Positions 20,074 to 30,420 of a stretch of DNA of 64,000 bases are shown here, piece after piece; the first letter of the stretch is position 1, and the number at the start of each line of letters is the position of its first letter. The stretch comes from an uncultured Muribaculaceae bacterium. GTDB taxonomy: Bacteria > Bacillota_I > Bacilli_A > RF39 > UBA660. Location of the stretch: NCBI GenBank assembly GCA_964473455.1, contig CAYYQX010000004.1, positions 27,965 to 91,964 of the forward strand, in the 5' to 3' direction. The notes beneath the pieces are model-generated. The model saw nothing but the letters and a program-made list of their open reading frames with translations. It was not told where the DNA came from and made no database searches. The translations under genes and the position numbers were made by a program.

Positions 20074-20143
20074 AAAAATCAATTTGACAAAAGAAAAGAT
20101 ATGTAGTATTATTTTTTAGACTTATTTAAAGAGGTGAGATTGT

Positions 20144-20614
20144 ATGGCAGAAAAAAAAGATATATTTTTAACAGCCGAAGGCTTAGACAAATTAAGAAAA
20201 GAATTAGAATATTTAAAGTTTGAAAAAAGAGAAGAAGTAATAGAAAAGCTTAAAGAAGCAAGGGCTTTAGGAGACTTGTCAGAGAACGCGGAATATGATT
20301 CTGCCAGAAACGAACAAGCTCAAGTAGAGTCTAGAATTGCTGATATAGAAGCAAAGATAGAGAACGCGACTATTATAAAAGCAGTGAAGACTGATAAAGT
20401 TAGAATAGGTACTAATGTTAAGATAGAATATGTTGAAGATAAAGAACTTGAAGAATATTCTATTGTTGGTTCTAGCGAAGCAGATCCTTTTAATAACAAA
20501 ATATCTAATGAATCACCAATTGCCAAAGCAATAATGGGATTGATGATAGGACAAACAGCTAAAGTCGAAAGCCCTAGTGGTAAATACTTAGTAAAAATTG
20601 TTGAAATTTCATAA
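20144..20614 (+). CDS. greA: Transcription elongation factor GreA
   Basis: LTAEGLDKLRKELEYL, ...ALGDLSENAEYDSAR and a C-terminal FKBP-like domain. aaactac-aaaa-gtagttt terminator follows (20620-20645). Confidence 0.9.
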   Translation: MAEKKDIFLTAEGLDKLRKELEYLKFEKREEVIEKLKEARALGDLSENAEYDSARNEQAQVESRIADIEAKIENATIIKAVKTDKVRIGTNVKIEYVEDKELEEYSIVGSSEADPFNNKISNESPIAKAIMGLMIGQTAKVESPSGKYLVKIVEIS

Positions 20615-20699
20615 AAACTACAAAAGTAGTTTTTTCTTTTGAAAATATTGTCAAAATATAAAAAATAATATATACTAGTTAAGTACTTAAGGAGGAAAT

Positions 20700-21950
20700 A
20701 TGGAAAAAACAATAGACATAGAAATAAGCGGAAAAGAGTGGCAAGAAGCTCTTGAAGAAGCTTTTCAACACGAAAACAAGAAAGCAAAAATTGATGGTTT
20801 TAGAGCTGGAAAGGCTCCAAAAGATATATTTTTAAAAAAATATGGAGTAGAATCTTTATTTAATGAAGCAGTTAATGTTGCTTTAGAAGTTGCCTATAAA
20901 AAAATGGTTAAAGAAAATAAAGACTTAGATTTAGTAGCGGAACCAAAAGTAAGCATAAAATCAATAACAGAAAAAGAAGTAGTTCTATCTTTTGCGTTAG
21001 TTACTAGACCAGAAGTAAAACTTGGTAAATATAAAAACTTAGGTGTTAAACAAGATAAGGTAGAAGTTACAAAAAAAGAAATAGATGAAGAAATCGAACA
21101 TTTAAAAAGTCATTATGCTGAGATAATTACCAAAGAAGGTAAAATAGAAAACAATGATACAGCTGTAATTGATTTTGAAGGATTTTTAAATGGTGTTGCG
21201 TTTTCTGGTGGTAAAGGAAGTAATTATTCATTAAAAATAGGTTCTAATTCTTTTATCCCTGGTTTTGAAGAACAACTAATTGGGATGGTAAAGGATGAAG
21301 AAAAGGAAATAACTGTTACTTTTCCATCTGATTATCACGATGAAAAATTAAAGGGGCAAAAAACAACCTTTAAAATAAAAATAAATGAAGTTAAAGCAAC
21401 TGTAATACCAGAAATTGGTAAGGCTTTCTTTGAAGACCTTGGTATGGAAGGAATAGATACAATAGAGGCTTTAGAAAAACAAGTTAAAGAAAATATTAAA
21501 TTGAAAAAAGAAAGTGACGCTGAAAACAAATACATCGACGAAGTACTTGCTAAAGCAGGAGAGAACACTAAAGTTGAAATTCCAGATGTCATGATAGAAG
21601 ATGAACTAGCTAGAATGCTAGAACAATATAAACAAAATTTAAGCATGCAAGGTTTAACAATTGAACAATTCTATCAATTTACAAAATCAAACGAAGAAGA
21701 CTTAAAACAAAAACTAAAACCTGAAGCCAACAATAGAGTTAAATACAGATTGATGCTAGAAGAAATAGCTAAAAAAGAAAAAGTAGAAATACCTGATGCA
21801 GTAGCTAAAGAAGAAGCGAAAAAACTAGCTGATAAATATCAAATGGCTGAAAGCGAATTTTTAAAATCTTTTGGTGGACTTGATATGATTAAGTATGATT
21901 TGAAAATGAGAAAAGCAATAGAAATATTAAAGGAAAATAAAAAAGACTAA
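20700..21950 (+). CDS. tig: Trigger factor
   Basis: GFRAGKAPKDIF ribosome-binding motif and IPGFEEQLIGM PPIase domain. Terminator aaaagactaattagtcttttttt at the 3' end. Confidence 0.9.
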   Translation: MEKTIDIEISGKEWQEALEEAFQHENKKAKIDGFRAGKAPKDIFLKKYGVESLFNEAVNVALEVAYKKMVKENKDLDLVAEPKVSIKSITEKEVVLSFALVTRPEVKLGKYKNLGVKQDKVEVTKKEIDEEIEHLKSHYAEIITKEGKIENNDTAVIDFEGFLNGVAFSGGKGSNYSLKIGSNSFIPGFEEQLIGMVKDEEKEITVTFPSDYHDEKLKGQKTTFKIKINEVKATVIPEIGKAFFEDLGMEGIDTIEALEKQVKENIKLKKESDAENKYIDEVLAKAGENTKVEIPDVMIEDELARMLEQYKQNLSMQGLTIEQFYQFTKSNEEDLKQKLKPEANNRVKYRLMLEEIAKKEKVEIPDAVAKEEAKKLADKYQMAESEFLKSFGGLDMIKYDLKMRKAIEILKENKKD

Positions 21951-21962
21951 TTAGTCTTTTTT

Positions 21963-22115
21963 TTAATTCTCTTTATTTCTATATTTTAACGCGTATGCTA
22001 AATAACCGACGTTTAAAACAACGGTGTCGTTATTTTTGTTTTTCAGCACAATAACTTTTTTAAATTTCTTGTATGGATGATTGTATGTTACAAAAACATT
22101 TGAATTATTATTCAT
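21963..22115 (-). CDS. Candidate small basic protein (50 aa), not in the ORF track
   Basis: Minus-strand ORF MNNNSNVFVTYNHPYKKFKKVIVLKNKNNDTVVLNVGYLAYALKYRNKEN. Its own TTGACT-17-TATAAT promoter and a GGGGG RBS 7 nt before the ATG, divergent from ffh. No homolog recognised. Confidence 0.3.
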   Translation of the reverse strand: MNNNSNVFVTYNHPYKKFKKVIVLKNKNNDTVVLNVGYLAYALKYRNKEN

Positions 22116-22193
22116 AATATACCCCCGAGTAATGTATTATATATAAAACTTATCAAAAAGTCAATATTATGCTATAATTAGAAAGGTGATTTT

Positions 22194-23489
22194 ATGTTTG
22201 AAAGCTTATCAGAAAACTTACAAGAAGCGATAAAAAAAATAAAAGGTTATGGCAAAATCTCTGAAGAAAATATTACTGAAATTACAAGAGATGTAAGATT
22301 AGCTTTGTTAGAAGCGGACGTTAATTATATAGTAGTTAAAGAATTTATAAATAATATTAAAATAAAAGCTCTTGGTGAAGAAGTGATAAAGTCATTAAAA
22401 CCAAGTGAAGTTTTTGTAAAGATTTTGAAGGACGAATTAATTAAAATTTTAGGCGAAAATAAAAAAGATATAAATTTAAATGGGAACCCAAATATATTAA
22501 TGCTGATTGGTCTTCAAGGTTCAGGTAAAACAACAACGATAGCTAAATTAGCAAGTATGCTAAGAAAAAAGTATAAAAAAAATCCTTTATTAGTTGCTTG
22601 TGATATATATAGGCCAGCTGCGATAGACCAATTGAAACAACTGGGCAAGGAATTAAATATAGAAGTTTTTAGTGAAGCTAAAAAGCCTACTGAAATAGCT
22701 GTTGATGCAGTAGATTATGCTAAAAAGAATAATTATGATTATGTTTTGATAGATACAGCTGGAAGGCTTCATATTGATGAAGTTTTAATGAATGAATTAA
22801 AAGAAATAAGTGAAAGCACAAAAGCAGACGAAGTCTTACTTGTTATTGATAGTATGATAGGACAAGATGCGATTAATGTTATAGAAGGTTTTAATAATAA
22901 TTTACCTTTAACGGGTGCAATTTTGACAAAAATGGATGGAGATTCCAAGGGTGGTGTTGCTCTTTCAATAAAGCATTTGACTAATATACCTATTAAGTTT
23001 ATTGGGACTAGTGAAAAACTAGACGGATTAGAAGAGTTTTATCCTGAAAGAATGGCATCTAGGATTTTAGGCGAAGGGGATTTGATGTCAATTGTTGAAA
23101 AGGTTGAAAACGTTATTGACAAAGAAGAAGCAAGTGAAACGGCTAAAAAGATGCAAAAAGGTAAGTTTGACTTGGAAGACTTTTTAAACCAATTAAAACA
23201 AATTAAAAAACTTGGCTCAATAGAAAATATTATTAAAATGTTGCCTGGAGTTCCAAAAGAGTTAAAGGGTGCTAAAGTAGATCCTAAGCAACTTGGTCAT
23301 GTTGAAGCTATAATCCAATCTATGACCAAAAACGAAAGAAAAGACCCAAGTATTTTAAAAGCTAGTAGAAAAATTAGAATAGCTAAAGGATCGGGTAGAA
23401 GTGTCGAAGAAGTAAACAGGCTTTTAAAACAATTTGAACAGATGAAACTAATGATGAAAAATTTAAAAAACGGTAATTTTAAAATTTAA
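22194..23489 (+). CDS. ffh: Signal recognition particle protein Ffh (SRP54)
   Basis: NG domain GLQGSGKTTT and DTAGRLH. Methionine-rich M domain at the C-terminus. Confidence 0.95.
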   Translation: MFESLSENLQEAIKKIKGYGKISEENITEITRDVRLALLEADVNYIVVKEFINNIKIKALGEEVIKSLKPSEVFVKILKDELIKILGENKKDINLNGNPNILMLIGLQGSGKTTTIAKLASMLRKKYKKNPLLVACDIYRPAAIDQLKQLGKELNIEVFSEAKKPTEIAVDAVDYAKKNNYDYVLIDTAGRLHIDEVLMNELKEISESTKADEVLLVIDSMIGQDAINVIEGFNNNLPLTGAILTKMDGDSKGGVALSIKHLTNIPIKFIGTSEKLDGLEEFYPERMASRILGEGDLMSIVEKVENVIDKEEASETAKKMQKGKFDLEDFLNQLKQIKKLGSIENIIKMLPGVPKELKGAKVDPKQLGHVEAIIQSMTKNERKDPSILKASRKIRIAKGSGRSVEEVNRLLKQFEQMKLMMKNLKNGNFKI

Positions 23490-23920
23490 TTAAAAGGACT
23501 TGTTTTTTTTTTATAATCGTGCTATAGTAAAATTACTTAATTAAGATAGCGGAGTTCTTATGAAAAATATTTAGTTTAATATATTTATTTGATTATTTAC
23601 TTTTGCTAATACGAATAATATTTCTAAAAATTTATTATTCTAATCTTAGTTAAGTAAGTATTTTCACAATTGTGAGCAAGAGAGAAACTTGCGAGGAAAG
23701 GTTCCCGTAAAGTGCTGATAACATTTTATTGATTATTATAGTTAGTTTAGATGTTAATTATTATTAATATTTATTACTAAATTATAATGGTTGGAATTTT
23801 TTCTCAAAAAACTTAAAACGATTTGTTTTATCAGAATAGGTCGTTTTTTATTGCCCCAAAAACGAACAAATGTATTTACAATGGTTTAATTATATTATAT
23901 AATTTTTTTAGGAGATCAAT

Positions 23921-25876
23921 ATGATAAGCAAACCAAAAACACTAAAATTATTAGAAAAGCTAAATATAAGAACAGATACTGAACTGTTAGAATATTATCC
24001 TTTTAGATACGATATTATTCAAAGAAGTGATATTAATAGTCTTAGTCAAGACGATAATATCACGATAGATGGTATAGTAGAAGGAGTTCCTTTAGTTTAT
24101 TATATAAGTAGAAATTTAAATAAAATGACTTTTAAAATAAATGCTTCAGATAATTTATATAACGTAATTATTTATAATAGAGCTTTTTACAAGAGTAATA
24201 TAAAAAGTGGAATTACTGTGACTGTTATAGGAAAATTTGACAAAATACATAATACAATAGTGGCAAGCAACATGGAATTAAAACCATTAAATGAAATTCC
24301 AAGAATAAGTCCAATTTACCACACAACTCTTGGTATAACTAGTAAACAGATTAATTATTATGTTAAAAAAGTAAAGTTAAAGCTGGAAGAATTATTACCA
24401 AAATATCTGGTTGAAAAATATAAATTATATTCGAAAAACAAAAGTGTTTTTATAGTTCACAATCCAACAGATGTAAACACTTTAAAAAAAGCTCGATTGA
24501 CTTTAAAGTATGAAGAATTATTTTTATTCATGTTGAAAGTGAATTATTTAAGATTAAATAAAAACATTATTGGTTTAAAAAGAAGAGAGTGCAAAACAGA
24601 AGTAGAAGATTTGATAAGTCATTTACCTTTTGAACTAACAAAAGATCAAAAAACGGCAATAGATGAAATATATGAAGACTTAATAAGCAACAAAAGAATG
24701 AATAGATTGCTACAAGGGGATGTTGGTAGTGGAAAAACCATTGTTAGTTTTATTGCTACATATATAAACTTTTTAAGCGGATATCAAACAGCCTTAATGG
24801 CTCCAACTGAAATACTTGCTCTTCAACACTACAACAATGCCAAAAGGCTTTTTGGCAAAGATGTTAAGATAGGTTTATTAACGGGAAAGCTAAAGTTAAA
24901 AGAGAAACAAGAAATATATAAAAAACTAAATCAGGGAGAAATAGATGTTATAATCGGAACGCATGCTCTTTTTACTAATAATGTTGAATATAAAAACTTA
25001 GGTTTAGTAATAACAGATGAGCAACACCGTTTTGGGGTTTTACAAAGACTGAATTTAAAAAACAAAGGAATGATACCAGATATTTTATATATGAGTGCGA
25101 CCCCAATTCCAAGAACGTATGCTTTGACTTTATACGGAGATATGGATGTTTCAAATATAAAAACAATGCCAAAAGGTAGAAAAGAAATTATAACTTTGAT
25201 AAAAAAAGAAAATGAAATGAAAGATGTTTTAAAACTGATTCATCAAGAGCTTCTTTTAAAACATCAAATATATGTAATTGCTCCTTTAATAGAAGAAAGT
25301 GAAAAAGTAGATTTACAAAATGTTTATGATTTAGCAGAAAAGTTTAATCAAGCTTTTGGTAAAATATGTAGTATTGGGATTATGCACGGCAAAATGAGTA
25401 ATGCTGAAAAAGATAAGACAATGGATAAATTTAAAAAAAACGAGATATCAATTTTAATCTCAACAACAGTTATTGAAGTTGGAGTAGATGTTCCTAACGC
25501 TACGACAATGGTTATATTTGATAGTTTTAAATTTGGTCTTTCAACGCTTCACCAATTAAGAGGAAGAGTTGGCAGAAGTGATTTACAATCTTATTGCGTT
25601 TTAATAACCAATAAAGATAGAAAAAGGTTAGATATCCTTGTAGAAACAAATGATGGTTTTAAAATAAGCGAAGAAGATTTTTTATTAAGAGGAAGTGGCG
25701 ACATGTTTGGCTTTAAGCAAAGTGGCGATATGAATTTTAAAATAGCTAACATTAAAATGGATTATGAGTTATTATTAAAAGCTAAAGAAGATAGTTTAAA
25801 ATATTTAGAAAGTAAAGAATATTTAAATAACGAAAGTATCAAAAAAATGTTAATAGTGGATACAGATTTAAATTAA
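23921..25876 (+). CDS. recG: ATP-dependent DNA helicase RecG
   Basis: Wedge domain followed by helicase motifs GDVGSGKT, DEQHRFG and QLRGRVGR. Confidence 0.9.
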   Translation: MISKPKTLKLLEKLNIRTDTELLEYYPFRYDIIQRSDINSLSQDDNITIDGIVEGVPLVYYISRNLNKMTFKINASDNLYNVIIYNRAFYKSNIKSGITVTVIGKFDKIHNTIVASNMELKPLNEIPRISPIYHTTLGITSKQINYYVKKVKLKLEELLPKYLVEKYKLYSKNKSVFIVHNPTDVNTLKKARLTLKYEELFLFMLKVNYLRLNKNIIGLKRRECKTEVEDLISHLPFELTKDQKTAIDEIYEDLISNKRMNRLLQGDVGSGKTIVSFIATYINFLSGYQTALMAPTEILALQHYNNAKRLFGKDVKIGLLTGKLKLKEKQEIYKKLNQGEIDVIIGTHALFTNNVEYKNLGLVITDEQHRFGVLQRLNLKNKGMIPDILYMSATPIPRTYALTLYGDMDVSNIKTMPKGRKEIITLIKKENEMKDVLKLIHQELLLKHQIYVIAPLIEESEKVDLQNVYDLAEKFNQAFGKICSIGIMHGKMSNAEKDKTMDKFKKNEISILISTTVIEVGVDVPNATTMVIFDSFKFGLSTLHQLRGRVGRSDLQSYCVLITNKDRKRLDILVETNDGFKISEEDFLLRGSGDMFGFKQSGDMNFKIANIKMDYELLLKAKEDSLKYLESKEYLNNESIKKMLIVDTDLN

Positions 25877-25944
25877 ATTATTAAAATCATCATTATTTGT
25901 TAACAAAAAACAAAAAAGTGTGTTATAATATGGTTACAAACAGC

Positions 25945-25968
25945 AAGAGTGGAGATTTCTCCACTCTT
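25945..25968 (+). promoter_or_regulatory. Perfect 10-bp stem-loop in the rimP-nusA leader (candidate attenuator)
   Basis: aagagtggag-attt-ctccactctt lies between a TATAAT (25925-25930) and the rimP RBS. It is followed by a weak U tract (ctttaaatt). Confidence 0.4.
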
Positions 25969-25990
25969 TAAATTAGAAGGGAATAAATTT

Positions 25991-26239
25991 ATGGATATAG
26001 AAAAGATAAAAAAAACTTTAAAACCAATTATTGAAAATGAAGGTTATGTTTTAGATAGCCTAACTTTTGAAAAAGAAGGAAAACTTAATTTTCTAAGAGT
26101 TGTTATTGATAAAGATGGTATATTAGAAATCGAAGATTGTGTTAAAGTAAGCAATTTAATTAACCCAATACTAGATAAACAAGACCCAATAAAAGAAAAT
26201 TACATACTAGATGTTTGTACAAAAGAAGAGGAGAACTAA
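25991..26239 (+). CDS. rimP: Ribosome maturation factor RimP, N-terminal domain only (83 aa)
   Basis: MDIEKIKKTLKPIIENEGYVLDSLTFEKEGKLNFLRVVIDKDGILEIEDCVKVSNLINPILDKQDPIKENYILDV matches the RimP N-domain (B. subtilis YlxS ...ENYFLEVSSPG). A stop follows immediately and nusA starts 2 nt later. The C-terminal domain is absent. Confidence 0.65.
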   Translation: MDIEKIKKTLKPIIENEGYVLDSLTFEKEGKLNFLRVVIDKDGILEIEDCVKVSNLINPILDKQDPIKENYILDVCTKEEEN

Positions 26240-26240
26240 G

Positions 26241-27332
26241 ATGAATACAGAAGAATTTAAAAAAGCTCTTCAATTACTAATTGAAGAAAAAGGAATTAGC
26301 GAAGATTATATTTATAGTGCGTTAGAACTAGCCCTAATCTCAGCTTATAAAAAAAACTATAACTCACTTCCTAATGTTAGAGTAGAATTTGATAGAAAAA
26401 CTGGAGAAATTCACTTATTTTCTTTCTTAACAGTTAAAAAAGAAAGTGAAAAAGATGAGGAAGGTAATTTAACTTTTGATAGTAGAATAGATATAACTCT
26501 TGCTAAAGCAAAAAAAATCGTTCCAAATATAAAATATGGAGAAACTATTGAACAAGAAATAACTCCAAAAGACTTTGGACGTGTTGCTGCCGCAACAGCT
26601 AAGCAAGTTATAATTCAAAAGATAAGAGAAGCAGAAAAAAACAATATTATAGAAGCTTTTCAAGATAAACAAGATGAATTAGTTACAGGCATAGTAGCTA
26701 TGGAAGATGCTTATAATTATTACATTGATTTAGGAAAAGCTCAAGGGCTTCTTCCAAAGTCAGAAATGATTCCTGATGAAAAAATAGTTATGGGAGCAAA
26801 CATAAAAGTTTATATTACAAAAGTAGAAAGTGGCCCAAAAGGACCAGTTATAATCTTATCTCGTAAACACTATAATTTTGTTAAAAGACTATTTGAACTT
26901 GAAATACCTGAAGTTAATGAAGGGATTATAGTCGTATATAGTGTTGCAAGAGAAGCAGGCATAAGAACAAAGGTGGCTGTTTATTCTGAAAACTCGAAAG
27001 TTGATCCAATAGGCTCATGTGTAGGTGAAAGGGGTTCTAGAATTGCTAACATTTTAAAAGAGTTAAATGGTGAGCGCATAGATGTTATTAGATATACAAA
27101 AGAGCCAAGTGAGTTTATTGCTAACGCTCTTTCTCCTGCTAAGAACGTTCATGTTTTAATAACTGATGTTAAGAAGCAAGAGTCAATTGTAATAGTAGAC
27201 GATGATAATTTTTCTCTAGCTCTTGGTAAAAAGGGAGTAAATGTTAAGCTAGCATCCAAACTAACACATCACAAAATAGATGTTAAAACATTTGACCAGG
27301 CAAAAGAGATGGGGATTAATTTAATCGCCTAA
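26241..27332 (+). CDS. nusA: Transcription termination/antitermination factor NusA
   Basis: N-terminal domain, S1 and KH domains (GxxG: GSCVGERGSRIANI). RBS agaggag 7 nt upstream of the ATG at 26241. Confidence 0.9.
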   Translation: MNTEEFKKALQLLIEEKGISEDYIYSALELALISAYKKNYNSLPNVRVEFDRKTGEIHLFSFLTVKKESEKDEEGNLTFDSRIDITLAKAKKIVPNIKYGETIEQEITPKDFGRVAAATAKQVIIQKIREAEKNNIIEAFQDKQDELVTGIVAMEDAYNYYIDLGKAQGLLPKSEMIPDEKIVMGANIKVYITKVESGPKGPVIILSRKHYNFVKRLFELEIPEVNEGIIVVYSVAREAGIRTKVAVYSENSKVDPIGSCVGERGSRIANILKELNGERIDVIRYTKEPSEFIANALSPAKNVHVLITDVKKQESIVIVDDDNFSLALGKKGVNVKLASKLTHHKIDVKTFDQAKEMGINLIA

Positions 27333-27341
27333 GGAGGTAAT

Positions 27342-27599
27342 ATGAAAGTAAAAAAAGTACCTATGAGAACCTGCACTGTAACAAGAGAAAAATTACCTAA
27401 AAAAGATCTTGTTAGAGTTGTAAGAACTCCAGAGGATACCGTTATAATTGACATAAATGGTAAAGCAAATGGTAGAGGAGCTTACCTAAAAAAAGACATT
27501 GAAGTTTTTAGAAAAGCTAAAAAAAGCCAAGTTTTAAACCGTCATTTAGAAATAGAAGTTCCAGATAAAATATACGAAGAACTAGAAAAATTAATATAG
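27342..27599 (+). CDS. rnpM: YlxR/RnpM family RNA-binding protein (DUF448)
   Basis: PMRTCTVTREKLPKKDLVRVV...GRGAY motif. Canonical position between nusA and infB. Confidence 0.8.
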   Translation: MKVKKVPMRTCTVTREKLPKKDLVRVVRTPEDTVIIDINGKANGRGAYLKKDIEVFRKAKKSQVLNRHLEIEVPDKIYEELEKLI

Positions 27600-27614
27600 G
27601 AAGAGGTGAGATTT

Positions 27615-29702
27615 ATGATGAGTGTTTTAGAATATGCCAAAGATATTGGTAGACCCGTAGAAGAAGTATTAAAAAAATGCAAAGAATTACATATTAGTGT
27701 CACTAATGAAGATGATTTATTAGATGAAGATGCGATTACTGAATTAGATAATACCTTAAACAGTGAAGAAGTTTTAGATGGTATAGTAGAAAAGATAATT
27801 GAAAAAAAAGACATTGAAGTTGACAATACAATCAAAAAAGAAAAACTAAAAAAGAAACCTGTTTATCAGACTAGAAAAAAACAAGAAGATTTAGCAATCA
27901 AGAAAAAAGCGATGTATAAAAACAAAGAGAAACTAGTTTCTAATACTCCTGTTGATACAGGAAAGATTGTGTCTTACAAAGAAAATATGACTATATCGGA
28001 ACTTGCTAAAAACTTAGGCGTAAATGCAGCTGAATTATTAAAAAAATTGTTTGATTTAGGTGTTGTAGCAAACGTTAATACAACTATTAACTTTGAAAAC
28101 GCTGAAATTTTAGTGGTTGATTATGGTAAAGAATTAAAAAAAGAAGAAACACTAGATGTTACAAATTTTGAAGATTTTGAAATTAAAGATGAAAAAGAAA
28201 GTTTAGTTTCAAGACCTCCAGTTGTAACAATAATGGGGCATGTCGACCACGGTAAAACAACTTTGTTAGATTACATTAAAAAAACAAAAGTTGCTGAAAC
28301 AGAGGCTGGTGGAATAACACAAGCAATTAGTGCTTATCAGGTGGATGTTAATGGCAAAAAAATAACTTTTATTGATACTCCAGGGCATGCCGCTTTTACT
28401 GAAATGCGTGCAAGAGGAGCAAAAGTAACGGATATTATCATAATTATCGTTGCTGCAGATGATGGCGTTATGCCTCAAACAAGAGAGGTTATTGATCACG
28501 CTAAAGCAGCTAATGTTCCAATAATTGTAGCTATTAATAAGATAGACATTAAAGGAATAAAACTTGATAAAATAATGCAAGATTTGTCTGATTGCGGTCT
28601 TATGCCTGATTCTTGGGGAGGAGATACTTTATATAATAAAATATCTGCCAAAACAGGTGAAGGTGTAGATGAGTTACTTGAAAACATTTTGCTTATTAGT
28701 GAAATGCAAGATTATAAGGCAAACCCAAACAGATATGCTGTTGGAACAGTTATTGAAACAAGATTAGATAAACAAGTTGGTCCAGTAGTAGTAGCGTTAA
28801 TAGAAAATGGAACATTAAGACTAGGGGATCCAATAGTTGTAGGAAACTTTTATGGAAAAGTTCGAACATTAAAAAATGATGTAGCCAAAGAAATAATGGA
28901 AGCAACGCCTTCAACTCCAGTTGAAGTAATAGGACTAAATGGAGTTCCTGTTGCTGGAGATAAGTTTATGGCTTTTGAATCAGAAAAGGAAGCTAGAAAA
29001 GTTTCTGAACAAAGAGCTTTAAAAAGTAAAGAAAAAGAATTAAAATGCAAAAGTAATGAAAGCTTAGATGATTTATTTTCTAAACTGCAAGAAGGTATTA
29101 AAGAACTAAACATTATTATAAAAACAGATGTTCATGGTTCGAGCGAAGCAGTAAAAGCATCTCTTGAAAAATTAAAAAGTGATAATGTTAGAATAAAAAT
29201 TGTTAGAAGTGGTGTAGGAAACATTACAGAAAGTGATGTTGTTCTTGCTAAAGCAACGAGATCTATTCTAATTGGTTTTAATGTCAAACCAAATGTTTTA
29301 GTTAGTTCTTATGCTAAAGAAAACTGCGTTGAAATAAAAATATATGATATTATTTATAAAATGATTGAAGATATTGAATCAGCGTTAAATGGGATGTTAG
29401 ATCCAGTATATGAAGAAAAAATAATTGGATCAGCTCAAGTTAGAAAAATATTTAAATTTTCAAAAACAGGTATTATAGCCGGTTCTTATGTAACTGATGG
29501 ATATATTAAAAGCAATAGCTTAGTTAGAGTTATGAGAGGTGGAGTAGTAATACACACTGGTAAAATTAACTCTATTCAAAGAGAAAAAGATAAAGTTAAT
29601 GAAATTAAAAAAGGCTTAGAATGTGGATTAACAGTAGAAGCCTATGATGATATTAAAGTTGATGATGTATTAGAGTGTTATGAAATGGTTCAGGTAAAAT
29701 AA
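27615..29702 (+). CDS. infB: Translation initiation factor IF-2
   Basis: G domain [24 protein letters not shown] and NKID. ATG at 27615 follows RBS aggaagaggtg. No ylxQ (L7Ae) gene between ylxR and infB. Confidence 0.95.
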   Translation: MMSVLEYAKDIGRPVEEVLKKCKELHISVTNEDDLLDEDAITELDNTLNSEEVLDGIVEKIIEKKDIEVDNTIKKEKLKKKPVYQTRKKQEDLAIKKKAMYKNKEKLVSNTPVDTGKIVSYKENMTISELAKNLGVNAAELLKKLFDLGVVANVNTTINFENAEILVVDYGKELKKEETLDVTNFEDFEIKDEKESLVSRPPVVTIMGHVDHGKTTLLDYIKKTKVAETEAGGITQAISAYQVDVNGKKITFIDTPGHAAFTEMRARGAKVTDIIIIIVAADDGVMPQTREVIDHAKAANVPIIVAINKIDIKGIKLDKIMQDLSDCGLMPDSWGGDTLYNKISAKTGEGVDELLENILLISEMQDYKANPNRYAVGTVIETRLDKQVGPVVVALIENGTLRLGDPIVVGNFYGKVRTLKNDVAKEIMEATPSTPVEVIGLNGVPVAGDKFMAFESEKEARKVSEQRALKSKEKELKCKSNESLDDLFSKLQEGIKELNIIIKTDVHGSSEAVKASLEKLKSDNVRIKIVRSGVGNITESDVVLAKATRSILIGFNVKPNVLVSSYAKENCVEIKIYDIIYKMIEDIESALNGMLDPVYEEKIIGSAQVRKIFKFSKTGIIAGSYVTDGYIKSNSLVRVMRGGVVIHTGKINSIQREKDKVNEIKKGLECGLTVEAYDDIKVDDVLECYEMVQVK

Positions 29703-29706
29703 AAAA

Positions 29707-29729
29707 GAAAGGGTTAAACCTTTCTTTTT
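29707..29729. terminator. Bidirectional rho-independent terminator between infB (+) and lexA (-)
   Basis: gaaagg-gttaaa-cctttc hairpin with T-runs on both strands. Confidence 0.7.
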
Positions 29730-30345
29730 AAAAACTCCTATATAAGCCAATAGCTTTTCCTAAAATAATTACTGTATTTAGAATAATTGGTTCCATATTA
29801 TCGTTTTCTGGCTGCAATCTGATGTGGTCTTTTTCTTTATAAAATCTTTTAAGTGTAACCTCATTATCAGTGGTCAGTGCAACTATAATATCGCCATTTC
29901 TAGCATCGTTCTTTCTTTCTACAATAACTATATCTCCATCAAATATTCCGGCATTAATCATGCTCTCACCGCTAACATTCAAAGAAAATACTTCTTTTCC
30001 TTTAGGAATTAAATAAGCTGGAATTGAAAAAAATTCATTTGGTCTTTCAATAGCTTCAATTGGGTTTCCAGCCGTAATTTTTCCTAATAGTGGTATTTCT
30101 ACAACATCATTTTCTTTTTTTAAATATTCGTTGTCTACCAGAACTTCAATTGTTCTGTTTTTAGCATCTTCTTTTCTAATAAAACCTTTTTTTGATAGAC
30201 ATTCTAAATGGGCCTGAACTGTTGCTGGAGAATTAACACTAATTGCTTTTCCAATCTCTCTTACTGTAGGTGGATAGCCATGAGATGCAATATAGCTTTT
30301 TACAAAACTTAATACATCACTTTGACGTTTAGTTAAATTTTCCAT
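29728..30345 (-). CDS. lexA: LexA repressor
   Basis: N-terminal wHTH (LTKRQSDVLSFV...GYPPTVREIG), Ala-Gly cleavage site context (GKITAGNPIEA), S24 peptidase Ser and Lys (SGESM ... KRF). Start at the ATG 5 nt downstream of a GGAGG RBS, not the upstream extension in the ORF track. Confidence 0.9.
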   Translation of the reverse strand: MENLTKRQSDVLSFVKSYIASHGYPPTVREIGKAISVNSPATVQAHLECLSKKGFIRKEDAKNRTIEVLVDNEYLKKENDVVEIPLLGKITAGNPIEAIERPNEFFSIPAYLIPKGKEVFSLNVSGESMINAGIFDGDIVIVERKNDARNGDIIVALTTDNEVTLKRFYKEKDHIRLQPENDNMEPIILNTVIILGKAIGLYRSF

Positions 30346-30392
30346 TGTACCTCCTAACTGTACACATCTTAACACAAAAGTTTGTTCTTGTC

Positions 30393-30404
30393 AAACAAAT
30401 GTTT
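30393..30404. promoter_or_regulatory. Imperfect LexA-like palindrome at the lexA -35 element
   Basis: AAACAAATGTTT (AAC-N4-GTT core) immediately adjacent to the lexA TTGACA (minus strand). Candidate autoregulatory site. Confidence 0.35.
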
Positions 30405-30420
30405 ATGAAACGATTGACAC

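Noticed and set aside
23490-23920. RNase P RNA or SRP RNA in the ffh-recG gap
   Set aside because: The size is compatible and a fragment resembles AGGAAAG…UCC. The universally conserved P4/CR-I and CR-V blocks of RNase P and the SRP domain-IV GGAAGCAGC motif are absent. I kept it only as an unassigned structured region.
25949-25990. GTG start at 25949 for rimP (ORF track)
   Set aside because: The extension would translate the 10-bp perfect leader hairpin (MEISPLFKLEGNKF). The ATG at 25991 has a proper RBS and matches RimP N-termini.
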